The position numbers and the translations under genes were made by a program. A stretch of 37,096 bases of DNA from a virus. Lineage: Duplodnaviria > Caudoviricetes. Positions 36,953 through 37,096 of the stretch are shown one piece after another (within the stretch, counting starts at the first letter, position 1; each line of letters starts with the position of its first letter). Below the pieces are notes generated by a model. It made no database searches, was not told the origin of the DNA, and saw only the letters and a list, made by a program, of their open reading frames with translations. The DNA is taken from the IMG/VR virus record IMGVR_UViG_3300014169_000013, positions 1 to 37,096 of that record, one strand, 5' to 3'.

Positions 36953-37063
36953 TTACTCTTCGACATTTATCGCTCCAGCTGCGGACAAGTTTCCAGACCC
37001 ATACCCATACCCATACCCATCCCCAGACCCATCCCCAGACCCAGAGCCTCTACCATCGATCAT
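36953..37063 (-). CDS. Gly/Tyr mini-protein unit 5 (36 aa, unique tail)
   Basis: MIDGRGSGSGDGSGDGYGYGYGSGNLSAAGAINVEE; SD and ATGA overlap as in the other units. Confidence 0.65.
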   Translation of the reverse strand: MIDGRGSGSGDGSGDGYGYGYGSGNLSAAGAINVEE

Positions 37064-37096
37064 GAAATTACCTCATCCCAGCCAGACCCATACCCA
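36993..37096. repeat. Distal part of the hexamer/45-bp junction array
   Basis: Junction at 37040-37084, same orientation as in 1-757. Confidence 0.95.

Noticed and set aside
36993-37096. True telomeres or inverted terminal repeats of a linear genome
   Set aside because: Both ends have the same orientation and join in frame; this fits a circle opened inside a repeat

Overview
The window looks like a complete, circularised ~37.1 kb tailed-phage genome of podovirus-like layout. Base 37096 joins base 1 in frame inside a repeat gene. The minus strand carries a packaging and structural module: small and large terminase, portal, scaffold, major capsid, adaptor, nozzle, three ejection proteins, tail fibres and holin-like genes. 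It also carries an early operon with HTH proteins, an SSB and hypotheticals. Other genes include a DNA methyltransferase, a metallophosphoesterase, a DUF1064-like nuclease, an inverted M15-peptidase lysis cassette and a tRNA-Asn. I see no integrase, polymerase, primase or helicase. The most unusual items are: (1) five translationally coupled Gly/Tyr mini-genes made of GGG-NNN hexamers between invariant 45-bp junctions; (2) an antisense gene fusing a Tat signal to a diverged copy of the major capsid N-terminus; (3) a TTCTGAAACA-N6-CAnTAnT motif in front of three late gene blocks; (4) a ~300-nt structured non-coding region; (5) repeated [YFH/hydrophobic]xxGG motifs in the ejection proteins; (6) apparent ATA/ATT start codons. 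Family names come from recognising motifs by eye, not from database searches.
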